Source: Cereibacter sphaeroides 2.4.1
GTDB lineage: Bacteria > Pseudomonadota > Alphaproteobacteria > Rhodobacterales > Rhodobacteraceae
Assembly: GCF_000012905.2 (NCBI RefSeq)
Contig: NC_007494.2
Span: 780,001-812,000, forward strand
Length of the DNA: 32,000 bases
Direction of reading: 5' to 3'
Shown in pieces: positions 9,173-17,838 of this stretch. Positions within the stretch are counted from its first letter, which is position 1. Each line of letters opens with the position of its first letter. The translations under genes were made by a program, and so were the position numbers. Under the pieces are notes generated by a model. The model ran no database searches. It saw only the letters and a list, made by a program, of their open reading frames with translations, and had not been told where the DNA came from.

Positions 9173-10171
9173 TCAGGCCTCGATCAGCGCGATCATCCGT
9201 TCGAGCCGCTTCATGGCGAGCCAGCCGTCGCGGATCACCGGCGCCCGGTCGGACTCGCCGCGGATCATTGCCGCCACATCGGTCAGAAGCGCATGATAGC
9301 CCTTGTGATCCTCGTTCGCCGCCGCGGTGAAGTTCGGCGTCCAGACGAGGCTGTCGCAGCCGGGATCGAGCAGGGCGCGGGGATCCTCGGCCTTGAAGGG
9401 CGGGTTGCGGTGCCAGGCCACGTTGATGACATTCTCGACCTCGACGCGGTGATGGTCGCCCATCACCTGAACGAACTCCATCGGTGTGCCGCGCGACTGG
9501 ACCGTGCCCATCACCACGTTGCCGATCACCCCGTTCTCGCAGGCGAAGTTCATGTGCAGGAGCATCTTGCCCTTGCCGCAGACATTCTTGCGCAGCTGCA
9601 CGTCGGCGAAGTCGGCCCCTGCGAACCAGGGGATCAGGTCCATGTAATGGACGCAATGGTGCAGGTAGAAGCCGGTATAATCCACCTCGCCCGCGAAATA
9701 GGTGGGCGCGGTCATGTAGCTGCCGTGGATGCCCAGCACGGGGCCGAAGTCGCCGCCCTCGAGGATGTTCTTCGCGATCCGGTTGCCGGTGGAATAGCGC
9801 TTCATGAAGCCCACCGTGACCGGCACCTTCGCGGCCTCGGAGGCGCGCATCAGCTCTTCGGCTTGCACGGCAGTGGCGGCGGGGGGCTTTTCCATGAAGA
9901 CGGGCAGGCCCCGCGCGATGGCCGCGAGCGTCGCGCGGTAATGGACCTCGGGGCCCACCGCCATGCCGATGGCATCGAGCCCGCCTGCGGCAATCATTTC
10001 CTCGAAGTCCGAGAAGACGGCCTTCGCGCCGAACTGGCGCGCGGCCGCCTGCGCGGCCGCCGCGTCACGGTCGCAGACCGCCGCGATCTCGAAGCCCGAA
10101 CGGGCGAGCTGCGGCATCAGCATCCAGGTTGCGTGGCGGCCGCAGCCGATCCATCCGATCCTGATCGTCAT
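9173..10171 (-). CDS. Gfo/Idh/MocA-family NAD(P)-dependent oxidoreductase
   Basis: Starts [22 protein letters not shown] (Rossmann GxGxxA). Carries the family EKP motif (PVFMEKPPA). Its ATG (10171..10169) overlaps the upstream stop as TGATG. The longer 537-aa ORF in the track is an upstream artefact. Confidence 0.85.
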   Translation of the reverse strand: MTIRIGWIGCGRHATWMLMPQLARSGFEIAAVCDRDAAAAQAAARQFGAKAVFSDFEEMIAAGGLDAIGMAVGPEVHYRATLAAIARGLPVFMEKPPAATAVQAEELMRASEAAKVPVTVGFMKRYSTGNRIAKNILEGGDFGPVLGIHGSYMTAPTYFAGEVDYTGFYLHHCVHYMDLIPWFAGADFADVQLRKNVCGKGKMLLHMNFACENGVIGNVVMGTVQSRGTPMEFVQVMGDHHRVEVENVINVAWHRNPPFKAEDPRALLDPGCDSLVWTPNFTAAANEDHKGYHALLTDVAAMIRGESDRAPVIRDGWLAMKRLERMIALIEA

Positions 10172-11058
10172 CAGTGGGTCACCTCCGCCAGGGTGAGCGC
10201 GGAGCGGATGAGGCCCAGCCCCGCGCGCAGCTTCTCGTCCTCGTCCTCGTGCGGGGCGCGCCAGTGGGCGATGGGCAGCGCCACGCGCTCGTCGTCGCGC
10301 CGGAAGGGCTCGAGCGAGACCGGACCCGCGTAGCCCGCCTGCCCCAGCGCCCGCGCGATGGCCGTCCAGTCCATGGTGCCGGTGCCGGGGAAGCCGCGGT
10401 GGTTCTCGTTGGCCTGAAAATGGACGAGGCGCGCGCCTGTGGCGCGGATCGCATCGGGGATCGAGCGTTCCTCCATGTTCATGTGGAACGTGTCGAGCAT
10501 GACGCCGAGACCGGGCGAGCCCACCGCATCCACCACCTCGATGGCCTGTGCGGTCGTGTTCACGATGTCGGTCTCGAAGCGGTTCAGCGGCTCGAGCCCG
10601 AAGACCTTGCCCGCGCTCGCGGCGAGCGGGGCCACTTCGGCCAGCCCCTCGACGGTGCGGGCGGCGCGGGCGGCGATCTGTTCGGCCGTCCAGGGGAAGG
10701 GCGGGCGGCCGGCGAAGACCAGCGGCTCGCCATAGAGCGGGCCGCCGACGATGGTCGCGCCGAGCGCCTCGGCGGCCTCGATGCAATATTTCAGATAGTC
10801 GCGCCCGCCGGCCCGCGCCGCAGGCTCCTCGCTCGCGATCGAGCGCTGGAGGTTCACGCGCGCGGCCAGAACGAGGCCCAGCCCCTCGCCCTCGCAGATG
10901 CGCCGCACCTCGGCCGCGTCGAGCCCGTCTTCGGGCTCGGGCACGAGAAGCTCGATGAAATCGAAGCCCAGGGCCCGGGACTTCTTCAGGAAATGCAGCG
11001 ACTCCGAGGTGAAGGGCCGGATGAACTGCATCGAGATGATGCCGACAGGATTTTTCAC
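10171..11058 (-). CDS. Sugar phosphate isomerase/epimerase (xylose-isomerase-like TIM barrel)
   Basis: GTG start at 11058 is preceded by AAGGAAG. The N-terminus [13 protein letters not shown] is typical of the family. Internal motifs include [26 protein letters not shown] and [10 protein letters not shown]. The stop overlaps the next gene's start. Confidence 0.8.
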   Translation of the reverse strand: MKNPVGIISMQFIRPFTSESLHFLKKSRALGFDFIELLVPEPEDGLDAAEVRRICEGEGLGLVLAARVNLQRSIASEEPAARAGGRDYLKYCIEAAEALGATIVGGPLYGEPLVFAGRPPFPWTAEQIAARAARTVEGLAEVAPLAASAGKVFGLEPLNRFETDIVNTTAQAIEVVDAVGSPGLGVMLDTFHMNMEERSIPDAIRATGARLVHFQANENHRGFPGTGTMDWTAIARALGQAGYAGPVSLEPFRRDDERVALPIAHWRAPHEDEDEKLRAGLGLIRSALTLAEVTH

Positions 11059-11111
11059 GTTTCTTCCTTCTTGGGAAGGCGGGGCCCTCTCCGGCCCCGC
11101 CGGGTCTGGGA

Positions 11112-11945
11112 TCAGCCCTTCACGGCGCCCTGAGTCAGGCCGCCCACGAGGCGCCGCTGCACGATCAGGAACAGGAGGGTGGCGGGCATGGCGCCCACGA
11201 TGCCGCCGGCGGTGAGGAGGCCCCACTGGACCTGATATTCGCCGATCATGGTCTGCACCGCGACCGTGATGGGCCGGACGTTCTGGCCACCCAGCGTCAG
11301 GGCATAGAGATATTCGTTCCAGGCGGTGATGAAGATGTAGATGCCGGTCGCGATGATGCCCGGCGCGCAGAGCGGCAGGATCACCCGCACCATGGCCGAG
11401 AGCCGCGAGCAGCCGTCGGTCATCGCCGCCTCGTCCAGCGATTTCGGGATGCCGTTGATGTAGCTCGTCATCATCCAGACCGAGAAGGGAATGGCGATGG
11501 TCGAGTTCGCGATGATGAGCGCGAGATGCGTGTCCAGAAGCCCCAGCTGGCGCATCAGCACGAAGAGCGGCAGGATCAGGAGCACCAGCGGGAACATGTT
11601 GATGAGCAGGAACTGCAGCAGCAGCACGCGCTTGAAGCGGAAATCGAAGCGCGAGAAGCTGTAGGCCGCCGTCACCGACAGGGTGAGGCCCACGATCACG
11701 GTGCCCGAGGCCACGATCAGGCTGTCGAGCATGTTGCGCGCGAAGCCCACGTTGGCGAAGAGCCGGGCGTAGTTCTCCCAGACGAGGTCGAAGACCGAGG
11801 GGCCGCGGGTGAAAAGCTTGTCCTCGGCCGTGAGCGAGGTCAGCGCCATCCAGAGATAGGGGCCGAGCGTGAAGACGAGGATCAGGACCATCGGCAGATC
11901 GACGGTCAGGATCCGCCGGAGGGTGGATTTGCGTCCCAGAGCCAT
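11112..11945 (-). CDS. CUT1-type carbohydrate ABC transporter permease (second membrane subunit)
   Basis: Starts [28 protein letters not shown] loop: [22 protein letters not shown]. Multiple TM segments. Its ATG (11945..11943) overlaps the upstream stop as TGATG. Confidence 0.9.
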   Translation of the reverse strand: MALGRKSTLRRILTVDLPMVLILVFTLGPYLWMALTSLTAEDKLFTRGPSVFDLVWENYARLFANVGFARNMLDSLIVASGTVIVGLTLSVTAAYSFSRFDFRFKRVLLLQFLLINMFPLVLLILPLFVLMRQLGLLDTHLALIIANSTIAIPFSVWMMTSYINGIPKSLDEAAMTDGCSRLSAMVRVILPLCAPGIIATGIYIFITAWNEYLYALTLGGQNVRPITVAVQTMIGEYQVQWGLLTAGGIVGAMPATLLFLIVQRRLVGGLTQGAVKG

Positions 11946-12871
11946 CAGTGCACCGCCTTGGCCGAACGTTTCAGATAAAGGATCACGATGCCGAGCAGGA
12001 GCAGCGTGAAGGTCATGGCGAGTGCCGATCCGTAGCCGAAATCGAGGTTCGTGCGCGCCTCGAGGAAGGCGTAGAGCGGCAGGGTATAGGTGGCATAGCC
12101 GGGCCCGCCGCCGGTCATCACGAAGATCACGTCCATCGAGTTCGCGACCCAGATCGTGCGCAACAGGATCGCGGTGAAGAGCACGCCCGAGATGCCGGGC
12201 AGCGTGATGTGCCAGAACTGCCGTAGGCTCGAGGCGCCGTCGAGCGAGGCCGCCTCGTAGTAGCTGCGCGGGATCGACTGGAGACCGGCGAGGATCATCA
12301 CCGCGAAGAAGGGAAAGCCCTGCCAGGTCAGCGTGAGGATGATCGCATAGAGCGCGGTGCCGGGGTTCGCGAGCCACGGGATCGACTGTTCGAGGATGCC
12401 CACGCGCAGCAGAAGGTCGTTCAGCACGCCGTAGTTCGAATCGTAGATCCAGGCCCACATCAGCGCGATCACGACCGAGGGTAGTGCCCAGGGAATGATG
12501 ATGAGCGCGCGGGCCACGGGCCGCCACGGGAACTTCTGGTTCAGGAGAAGCGCCGTCGCCAGCCCCAGAAGCGCCTGCGCGGGCACCGTGATCGCGATCC
12601 AGAGCACCGTGTGGCGCAGCGAGATCCAGAAGACCTCGTCCTGCAGGATCGCCGCATAGTGCTTGAGCCCCACCCAGTCGAATTTCTTCGGCCGGAACAG
12701 CACATAGTCGTGCAGGCTCATCCAGGCCGTCTGCACCATCGGGAAGAAGACGATGGCGAGCGTGACGAGCACGGCCGGGGACAGCAGCGCCAGCGGCAGC
12801 ACCTGCCGCCAGAGCCGCGCGCGGCGGGCGGGGGCGATTTCGTCGCGGTCAGGGACCGGAACACTTGTCAT
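11945..12871 (-). CDS. CUT1-type carbohydrate ABC transporter permease (first membrane subunit)
   Basis: 308-aa ORF. GAGG lies 8 nt upstream of ATG 12871. EAA loop: [21 protein letters not shown]. Six hydrophobic segments. Confidence 0.9.
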   Translation of the reverse strand: MTSVPVPDRDEIAPARRARLWRQVLPLALLSPAVLVTLAIVFFPMVQTAWMSLHDYVLFRPKKFDWVGLKHYAAILQDEVFWISLRHTVLWIAITVPAQALLGLATALLLNQKFPWRPVARALIIIPWALPSVVIALMWAWIYDSNYGVLNDLLLRVGILEQSIPWLANPGTALYAIILTLTWQGFPFFAVMILAGLQSIPRSYYEAASLDGASSLRQFWHITLPGISGVLFTAILLRTIWVANSMDVIFVMTGGGPGYATYTLPLYAFLEARTNLDFGYGSALAMTFTLLLLGIVILYLKRSAKAVH

Positions 12872-12965
12872 CGGGCGGACCTCTCTCGTCCCCTGCGGCG
12901 CGGAGGGCCGGCAGGCGGGTCAGGCTCGGACGCGGGCGGCGCGTCGGATGGTTCGGGAAGAAGGC

Positions 12966-12991
12966 GGGCCGGGGAGGGAGCGCCCCGGCCC
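12966..12991 (-). promoter_or_regulatory. Intercistronic GC hairpin between the binding-protein and permease genes
   Basis: GGGCCGGGG-agggagcg-CCCCGGCCC, a 9-bp stem, lies 8 nt downstream of the binding-protein stop inside the 127-nt SBP-permease gap. Such hairpins classically stabilise the upstream SBP mRNA segment or attenuate read-through. That role is inferred here. Confidence 0.45.
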
Positions 12992-12998
12992 TGCACCG

Positions 12999-14213
12999 TC
13001 ACTCTTCGGCGAAGAGCTTGGCGATGGCTTCGTTCATCTGGGCGGCGGTGATCTCCCCGTTCAGCGCGCGCTGCATGTTCGTGGGCCAGACGGTGTTCAC
13101 GAACTCGGGCGTGGCCGAGGAGGCGGGCAGCAGATGGGCGAAGGGGAGCGAGGCCTGGGTCGCGTCGACGAAGCGCTTCTCGTGCTGGTCCCAGGTGGCG
13201 CTGTCGCTCTTGGTCACCGGAAGCTGGCCCGTGGCGCTGTTGAAGAGCGCGTTGTTGCCCTCCGACGAAAGGAACGAGATCCACTTCCAGGCGGCTTCCT
13301 TGTCGCTGGCATTGCTGAAGACCCCGGTGGATTCGTCGCCGAAGGTGGTCCAGCGCCCGCCGCCGCATTCTGGCACCGGCACCGCCGCGACCTTGTCGCC
13401 CAGTGCCGCCACCAGATCGTTCGAGGAGCCGACATGGTGGATCGTCATCGCGGTCACGCCGGTCTTGAAGGCGCCGATGATCTCCTGAAAGCCGTCGTTC
13501 GGGGCCGAGGGCGGGAAGACCTTGTCCTTCTGGAAGAGATCCACCACGAACTGCGTGCCCGCCACGCCGGCCTCGGAGGTGAGGCTCTCGTCGAGCGCCA
13601 CGCCCTCGCGGCCCAGCGTGAAGGCGCCCCAATGTTCGTGCCCGGACTTGCCGCCGCGGAAGCCGAACCCGTAGGTGTCGATCTTGCCGTCGTTGTTCGT
13701 GTCGCGGGTGAGCTTGATCGCGGCTTCGCGGAACTGGTCGCAGGTCTCGGGCGGGGCGAGGCCCAGCTCCTCGAACATGTCGGCGCGGTAATAGAGGTAG
13801 AGCGCCACATATTGCACCGGCAGGTAATAGTGCTTGCCATCCTCGGCCTCGGTCAGGTCGAAGAGATTGTCGAGGATGTCGTCGCGGCCCTCCCAGCCCG
13901 CGATCATCTCGTCGAGCGGCTCGAGCGCCTCCATCTCGAGAAGGCGCGGCAGGGCGAACATCTTCAGCATGGCCGCGTCGGGCGCGTTGCCGCCGACGAT
14001 GGCCGTGTAGAGATTGTCGTAATAGCTGTTCCAGGGCACGTTCTGCGCGTCGATCCTGATGCCCGGGTTCGCTTCCTCGAACTTGGCCACCAGATCCGAC
14101 ATCGGGTTCTCCGGATTGTCGAAGTGATACCAGAAGCGGACGGTGCTGTCGGCCGAGGCGATCCCCGGCGCGAGGCCGGCCAGAAGGGCCAGCGCGCTGA
14201 TGGTTCTTTTCAT
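12999..14213 (-). CDS. ABC transporter extracellular solute-binding protein (family 1, CUT1 sugar type)
   Basis: GGGAGGAGAGAGA precedes ATG 14213. Signal peptide: MKRTISALALLAGLAPGIASA/DS. The mature protein starts TVRFWYHF. Tryptophan/aromatic-rich sugar-SBP character. The 441-aa track ORF is an upstream over-extension. Confidence 0.9.
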   Translation of the reverse strand: MKRTISALALLAGLAPGIASADSTVRFWYHFDNPENPMSDLVAKFEEANPGIRIDAQNVPWNSYYDNLYTAIVGGNAPDAAMLKMFALPRLLEMEALEPLDEMIAGWEGRDDILDNLFDLTEAEDGKHYYLPVQYVALYLYYRADMFEELGLAPPETCDQFREAAIKLTRDTNNDGKIDTYGFGFRGGKSGHEHWGAFTLGREGVALDESLTSEAGVAGTQFVVDLFQKDKVFPPSAPNDGFQEIIGAFKTGVTAMTIHHVGSSNDLVAALGDKVAAVPVPECGGGRWTTFGDESTGVFSNASDKEAAWKWISFLSSEGNNALFNSATGQLPVTKSDSATWDQHEKRFVDATQASLPFAHLLPASSATPEFVNTVWPTNMQRALNGEITAAQMNEAIAKLFAEE

Positions 14214-14260
14214 TCTCTCTCCTCCCAAAATCGAGAAACGTTCGCCGCCCGGGGCGGCGG

Positions 14261-15178
14261 TCAGGTGAGCGCCCGGAACACCTCGCCCGCCCGGCGGTAG
14301 GCCGCCACCGACTGCGGCAGCCAACGGCTCATCTGCATGAATCCGTGGACGACCCCCGGCACGATGTCGAACCTGTCGGTCCGCCCCAACGCTGTGAGCC
14401 GCGCCGAGAAGCGCTCGGCGTCCGAGCGCAGGGGATCGATCTCGGCCGCGTTGAGATAGAGCGGCGGCAGCGCCGCCAGCATCGCATCCGGCGCGCGGGC
14501 GGGCGTGAGACAGGGATCCTCGAGCCGGCCTGCCGCGGGCGTGTAGAAATCCCAGTAGCGCAGCATCTTGGCGCGGGTCAGGCCCGGCCCCTCGGCCACC
14601 TCGACATAGCTCGGGCTTTCGAAATCGGCATCGAACACCCCGTAGAAGAGGAGCCCCGTCGCCGGCAGGTCGCGGCCGTTCAGCCGGAACATCAGCGCGA
14701 CCGCGAGATGGGCGCCCGCGCTATCGCCCGCCACCGACCAGCGGCGTCCGGCGAGGATCGCCTCGCGCCCGGCCCAGACGGCGAGACAATCCTCCAGTCC
14801 CGCCGGATAGGGATGTTCCGGCGCGAGCCGGTAGTCGAAAGTCACCACCGCCGCGCCGGTCTCGACCGCAAGCTGGCGCGCCGCCCCCTCGTGGGTCGCG
14901 GCCGAGCAGAAGGCCCAGCCGCCGCCGTGGATGAAGAGGATCGCCTCGCGCCCGAGATCGCCCGCGGGCAGGAAGACATGCGCCCGCCGCCCGTCCGGCG
15001 TCTCGACGCGAAGCTCGCGCGCCATGGCGGGCTCCGGCCCGTTCCAGCGCCGGTTGCCGGCCTCGGCCGCCGCCCGGCCCTCGGCCGGCGGCAGGAGCGT
15101 CGGATCGGGCTGCACCCCGTCCTCGGCCAAGAGCCGGTCGAGCACGGCGCGCATTTCGGGAGCAAGGGTCAGGCTCAT
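14261..15178 (-). CDS. Alpha/beta-hydrolase, hormone-sensitive-lipase (HSL/Aes) family esterase
   Basis: Oxyanion-hole motif HGGGW (FIHGGGWAF). Nucleophile elbow GDSAGA. Catalytic His context VVHGF. Its ATG (15178..15176) overlaps the GntR stop as ATGA. Confidence 0.85.
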   Translation of the reverse strand: MSLTLAPEMRAVLDRLLAEDGVQPDPTLLPPAEGRAAAEAGNRRWNGPEPAMARELRVETPDGRRAHVFLPAGDLGREAILFIHGGGWAFCSAATHEGAARQLAVETGAAVVTFDYRLAPEHPYPAGLEDCLAVWAGREAILAGRRWSVAGDSAGAHLAVALMFRLNGRDLPATGLLFYGVFDADFESPSYVEVAEGPGLTRAKMLRYWDFYTPAAGRLEDPCLTPARAPDAMLAALPPLYLNAAEIDPLRSDAERFSARLTALGRTDRFDIVPGVVHGFMQMSRWLPQSVAAYRRAGEVFRALT

Positions 15179-15900
15179 GGATGCACCTTCAGGGCGGGGG
15201 TCGCCATGCCCTGCCCTGCCTCGGGCGCGAGCGTCGGCATGACCTCGGGGCCGAAATCGACGATGGTCGCGATGTGATGCGAGAGCGCGCGCATCAGCGC
15301 CTCGGCGCTGCGCGTCTCTAGCGCCTCGAGGATCGAGACATGCCGGTCGGCGGTCGCGAGCAGCTCCCGGCTGTTCGCCGCACTGTTCAGGATCTTGAAC
15401 CGCTGCGTATGAAGAAGGCAGCGCATCAGCACCGGCTCCACCACCGGCATGGCGGCGGCCTCGAACAGACGCAGGTGAAAGCGGCAGTCTTGCTCCAGCA
15501 GCGCATATTCGTCTTCCTGCAGCGCGGCCAGCCGCATGGCCTGCAGCAGCATGTCGAGATCCCTGCGCAGGCGAGGGTCGTTCGCCTCGATCACCCGGAT
15601 CGCAGCGCGGCATTCGATGTCGTGGCGGATGCGCAGAAGCTCCACCACATCGTCGGAATGGGCCTCCGTCACATGGGTGTCGCGGCGGGCGCGGCGCTGG
15701 ACCAGCCCTTCTTCCGACAGCCGCATCAGCGCTTCGCGGATGGTGCCCTGCGCCACCGCGAACCGCTGCGCCAGATCCAGTTCGCGCAGCACGCCGCCGG
15801 GCGGAAGCGTCCCCAGCACGATCTCGCGGCGGAGCGCATGCTCCACCTGCGCGCTGCGGCTGCGCTGCGGTCCCGCTCCGAAGGCCTCGCCCACACCCAT
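15175..15900 (-). CDS. GntR-family transcriptional regulator (FadR/FCD-type C-terminal domain)
   Basis: N-terminal winged HTH: LRELDLAQRFAVAQGTIREALMRLSEEGLV. All-helical C-terminal domain. GGGAGG lies 11 nt upstream of ATG 15900. It is the first gene of the minus-strand operon. Confidence 0.85.
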   Translation of the reverse strand: MGVGEAFGAGPQRSRSAQVEHALRREIVLGTLPPGGVLRELDLAQRFAVAQGTIREALMRLSEEGLVQRRARRDTHVTEAHSDDVVELLRIRHDIECRAAIRVIEANDPRLRRDLDMLLQAMRLAALQEDEYALLEQDCRFHLRLFEAAAMPVVEPVLMRCLLHTQRFKILNSAANSRELLATADRHVSILEALETRSAEALMRALSHHIATIVDFGPEVMPTLAPEAGQGMATPALKVHP

Positions 15901-15925
15901 GACCCCTGCATCCTCCCTGATGTTG

Positions 15926-15971
15926 TATTGATAATCACATGATTATTGATAATGTCAACGATATTGATAAT
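15926..15971. promoter_or_regulatory. Three direct TATTGATAAT repeats with exact 18-bp phasing in the divergent promoter (candidate operator array)
   Basis: TATTGATAAT occurs at 15926-15935, 15944-15953 and 15962-15971. The first copy contains TGAT-A-ATCA. The surrounding ~55 bp form a conspicuous AT-rich island between the GntR start (15900, minus) and the ATPase start (16027, plus). Confidence 0.6.
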
Positions 15972-16026
15972 GTGGGTCCGACGGGCTTCGGCGCGAGAAG
16001 CGGCCGGACGACAGGGAGGACAGCGC

Positions 16027-17106
16027 ATGGCACGCATCAGTCTGCAGAAGATCGTGAAGCGGTATGGCGGGATGGAGGCCATCCACGGCGTCGATCTCGA
16101 GGTGGAGGACGGCGAGTTCGTGGCCTTCGTGGGGCCCTCGGGCTGCGGGAAATCCACCATGCTGCGGATGATTGCCGGGCTCGAGGACATCAGCGGCGGC
16201 CATATGCGCATCGGCGACCGGCTGGTGAACGATATCGAGCCCAAGGGCCGCGACGTGGCGATGGTGTTTCAGGATTACGCGCTCTATCCGCACATGACGG
16301 TGCGCGACAACATCGGCTTCGGGCTGAAGATGCGCGGCGAGCCCGCCGAGACGATTCGGAAGAAGGTCGAGGAAGCCGCGCGCATCCTCCAGCTCGAGGA
16401 CCTGCTCGACCGCCGCCCCGGCCAGCTCTCGGGCGGCCAGCGTCAGCGCGTGGCCATGGGCCGCGCCATCGTGCGCAAGCCCAAGGTCTTCCTGTTCGAC
16501 GAGCCGCTCTCGAACCTCGACGCCAAGCTGCGGGTCGAAATGCGCACCCAGATCAAGCGGCTGCACCGGATGCTGCGCACGACGACGATCTATGTGACCC
16601 ACGATCAGGTCGAGGCGATGACGCTGGCCGACCGCGTGGTGGTTCTGCGCAAGGGCAGCATCATCCAGCACGGCCGTCCGCTCGAGCTCTACGAGCGGCC
16701 CTCCTGCCGCTTCGTGGCCGAATTCATCGGCTCGCCGCAGATGAACATCCTGCCGGGTCGCGTGGCCTCGTCGGATCGCGGCACGGTGATCGAGGTGGGC
16801 GGCGGCGCGATCCCGCTTTCGCATCTGCCGGTGCCGGTGGGCACCAGCCTCGATGTGGGCCTGCGCCCCGAGCATCTGGAGCCCTGCGCGCCCGAGGAGG
16901 CCGATTTCGTCGCAGAGGTGGACGTGCTCGAGGAGCTGGGGTCGGATACGCTCGCCATCTGCCTCATGGGCGAGCGCGAGATCACCGTGCGGGTGCCGGC
17001 CGACCGGGCCCGCAGCCTCGGCCGCACGCAGCCGCTGCGCTTCGACCGCCAGAACCTGCATCTCTTCGATGCGGCGAACGGCCAGCGGATCGACTTCATC
17101 GCCTGA
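16027..17106 (+). CDS. ABC transporter ATP-binding protein, MalK/UgpC-like (CUT1 ATPase with C-terminal regulatory domain)
   Basis: AGGGAGGA precedes ATG 16027. Walker [10 protein letters not shown], signature LSGGQRQR, Walker B VFLFDEP, H-loop YVTHD. The C-terminal ~120 aa ([10 protein letters not shown]...) is a MalK-type TOBE-like domain. Confidence 0.9.
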   Translation: MARISLQKIVKRYGGMEAIHGVDLEVEDGEFVAFVGPSGCGKSTMLRMIAGLEDISGGHMRIGDRLVNDIEPKGRDVAMVFQDYALYPHMTVRDNIGFGLKMRGEPAETIRKKVEEAARILQLEDLLDRRPGQLSGGQRQRVAMGRAIVRKPKVFLFDEPLSNLDAKLRVEMRTQIKRLHRMLRTTTIYVTHDQVEAMTLADRVVVLRKGSIIQHGRPLELYERPSCRFVAEFIGSPQMNILPGRVASSDRGTVIEVGGGAIPLSHLPVPVGTSLDVGLRPEHLEPCAPEEADFVAEVDVLEELGSDTLAICLMGEREITVRVPADRARSLGRTQPLRFDRQNLHLFDAANGQRIDFIA

Positions 17107-17113
17107 CGATCCC

Positions 17114-17137
17114 GGCGCGCGGCTCCCCCCGCGCGCC
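17114..17137 (+). terminator. GC hairpin after the ATPase gene
   Basis: GGCGCGCGG-ctcccc-CCGCGCGCC, a 9-bp stem, begins 8 nt after the TGA at 17104-17106. There is no strong U-tract. Confidence 0.4.
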
Positions 17138-17138
17138 G

Positions 17139-17342
17139 CTTCTGGCCGCTTGGACACAAGGTCCTCTCCAGCGTCTCCGTCCGGCGCGCAGGTGCGCCGC
17201 GGGCGGCTTCTGGCTGGCAGGATCCAAGGTCCCCGCAGCGCCTCGCTCCGGCGTGCAGGCGCCCCTGGGCGTCTCTTTCGGCTGGCCGCAATCCAAGGTC
17301 CAGCAACGCCTCGGCCCTGCACAGGATGCCCGCGCTGGTGCG
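17139..17342. repeat. Three tandem degenerate 68-bp intergenic repeats
   Basis: Units start at 17139, 17207 and 17275 (CTTCTGG / CTTCTGG / CTTTCGG). They share a core: CTTCTGGCyG..GGAy.CAAGGTCC...AGCGyCTC..TCCGGCGyGCAGG.GC.CC. A weaker fourth copy may lie near 17653-17710. Confidence 0.7.
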
Positions 17343-17426
17343 TGAAACGCATGACCATGAGCCGCAGCGCTTGAGGCACTCCGAACGCGGCTGCCGGACC
17401 GCTAAAGGCAGGCCGCAAAGACCGAG

Positions 17427-17455
17427 TTGACTTGTCAGGTATTCTCGGGTCATTA
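17427..17455 (+). promoter_or_regulatory. Sigma-70-like promoter candidate (TTGACT-17 nt-TCATTA)
   Basis: TTGACT is at 17427-17432 and TCATTA at 17450-17455, with a 17-nt spacer. The site sits in a locally less GC-rich patch ~385 nt upstream of the siderophore-interacting-protein gene. Sequence resemblance is the only support. Confidence 0.2.
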
Positions 17456-17838
17456 GGAGGAGACGCCAGCCAGTCGGGCGCTTCGCGTTTCCCTCCGCGA
17501 AAGGTGCCGTGCAAGCCACCGAACCCATCAGCACGGTGGACCATGTCGCTGCTTGCCCTGCCTGAGCTTACCTTTCGGCAATCTGCGCTTTGCCTGCGCA
17601 TCACGCGCGCGGCGGCCAAGGCCGGCCGTCCGGCCGGACCCCGCAGGCGGTGCTTCTGCCAGCAGGAAAAGCGGGCCCTCGGACCGCGCCGAGCGCCGAG
17701 GAACGCGCGGACGGGAGAGCAACCGCTCTCCCCGCGCCTTGTCGCTCGGCGCGGGGCACCCTGCATCCGCCTGCGGACGCCTGCCGGTCGACCCCGCGCA
17801 AGGGACGCCGCTCGTGATCCCGCATTGAGGAGACATCC

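Noticed and set aside
9077-11133. Plus-strand ORFs 9077-10333 (418 aa) and 10174-11133 (319 aa)
   Set aside because: They lie opposite the well-supported oxidoreductase and TIM-barrel genes. Their translations have no recognisable motifs.
12753-14300. 515-aa plus-strand ORF opposite the solute-binding-protein gene
   Set aside because: It is an antisense artefact. The minus strand has a signal peptide, an RBS and SBP character.
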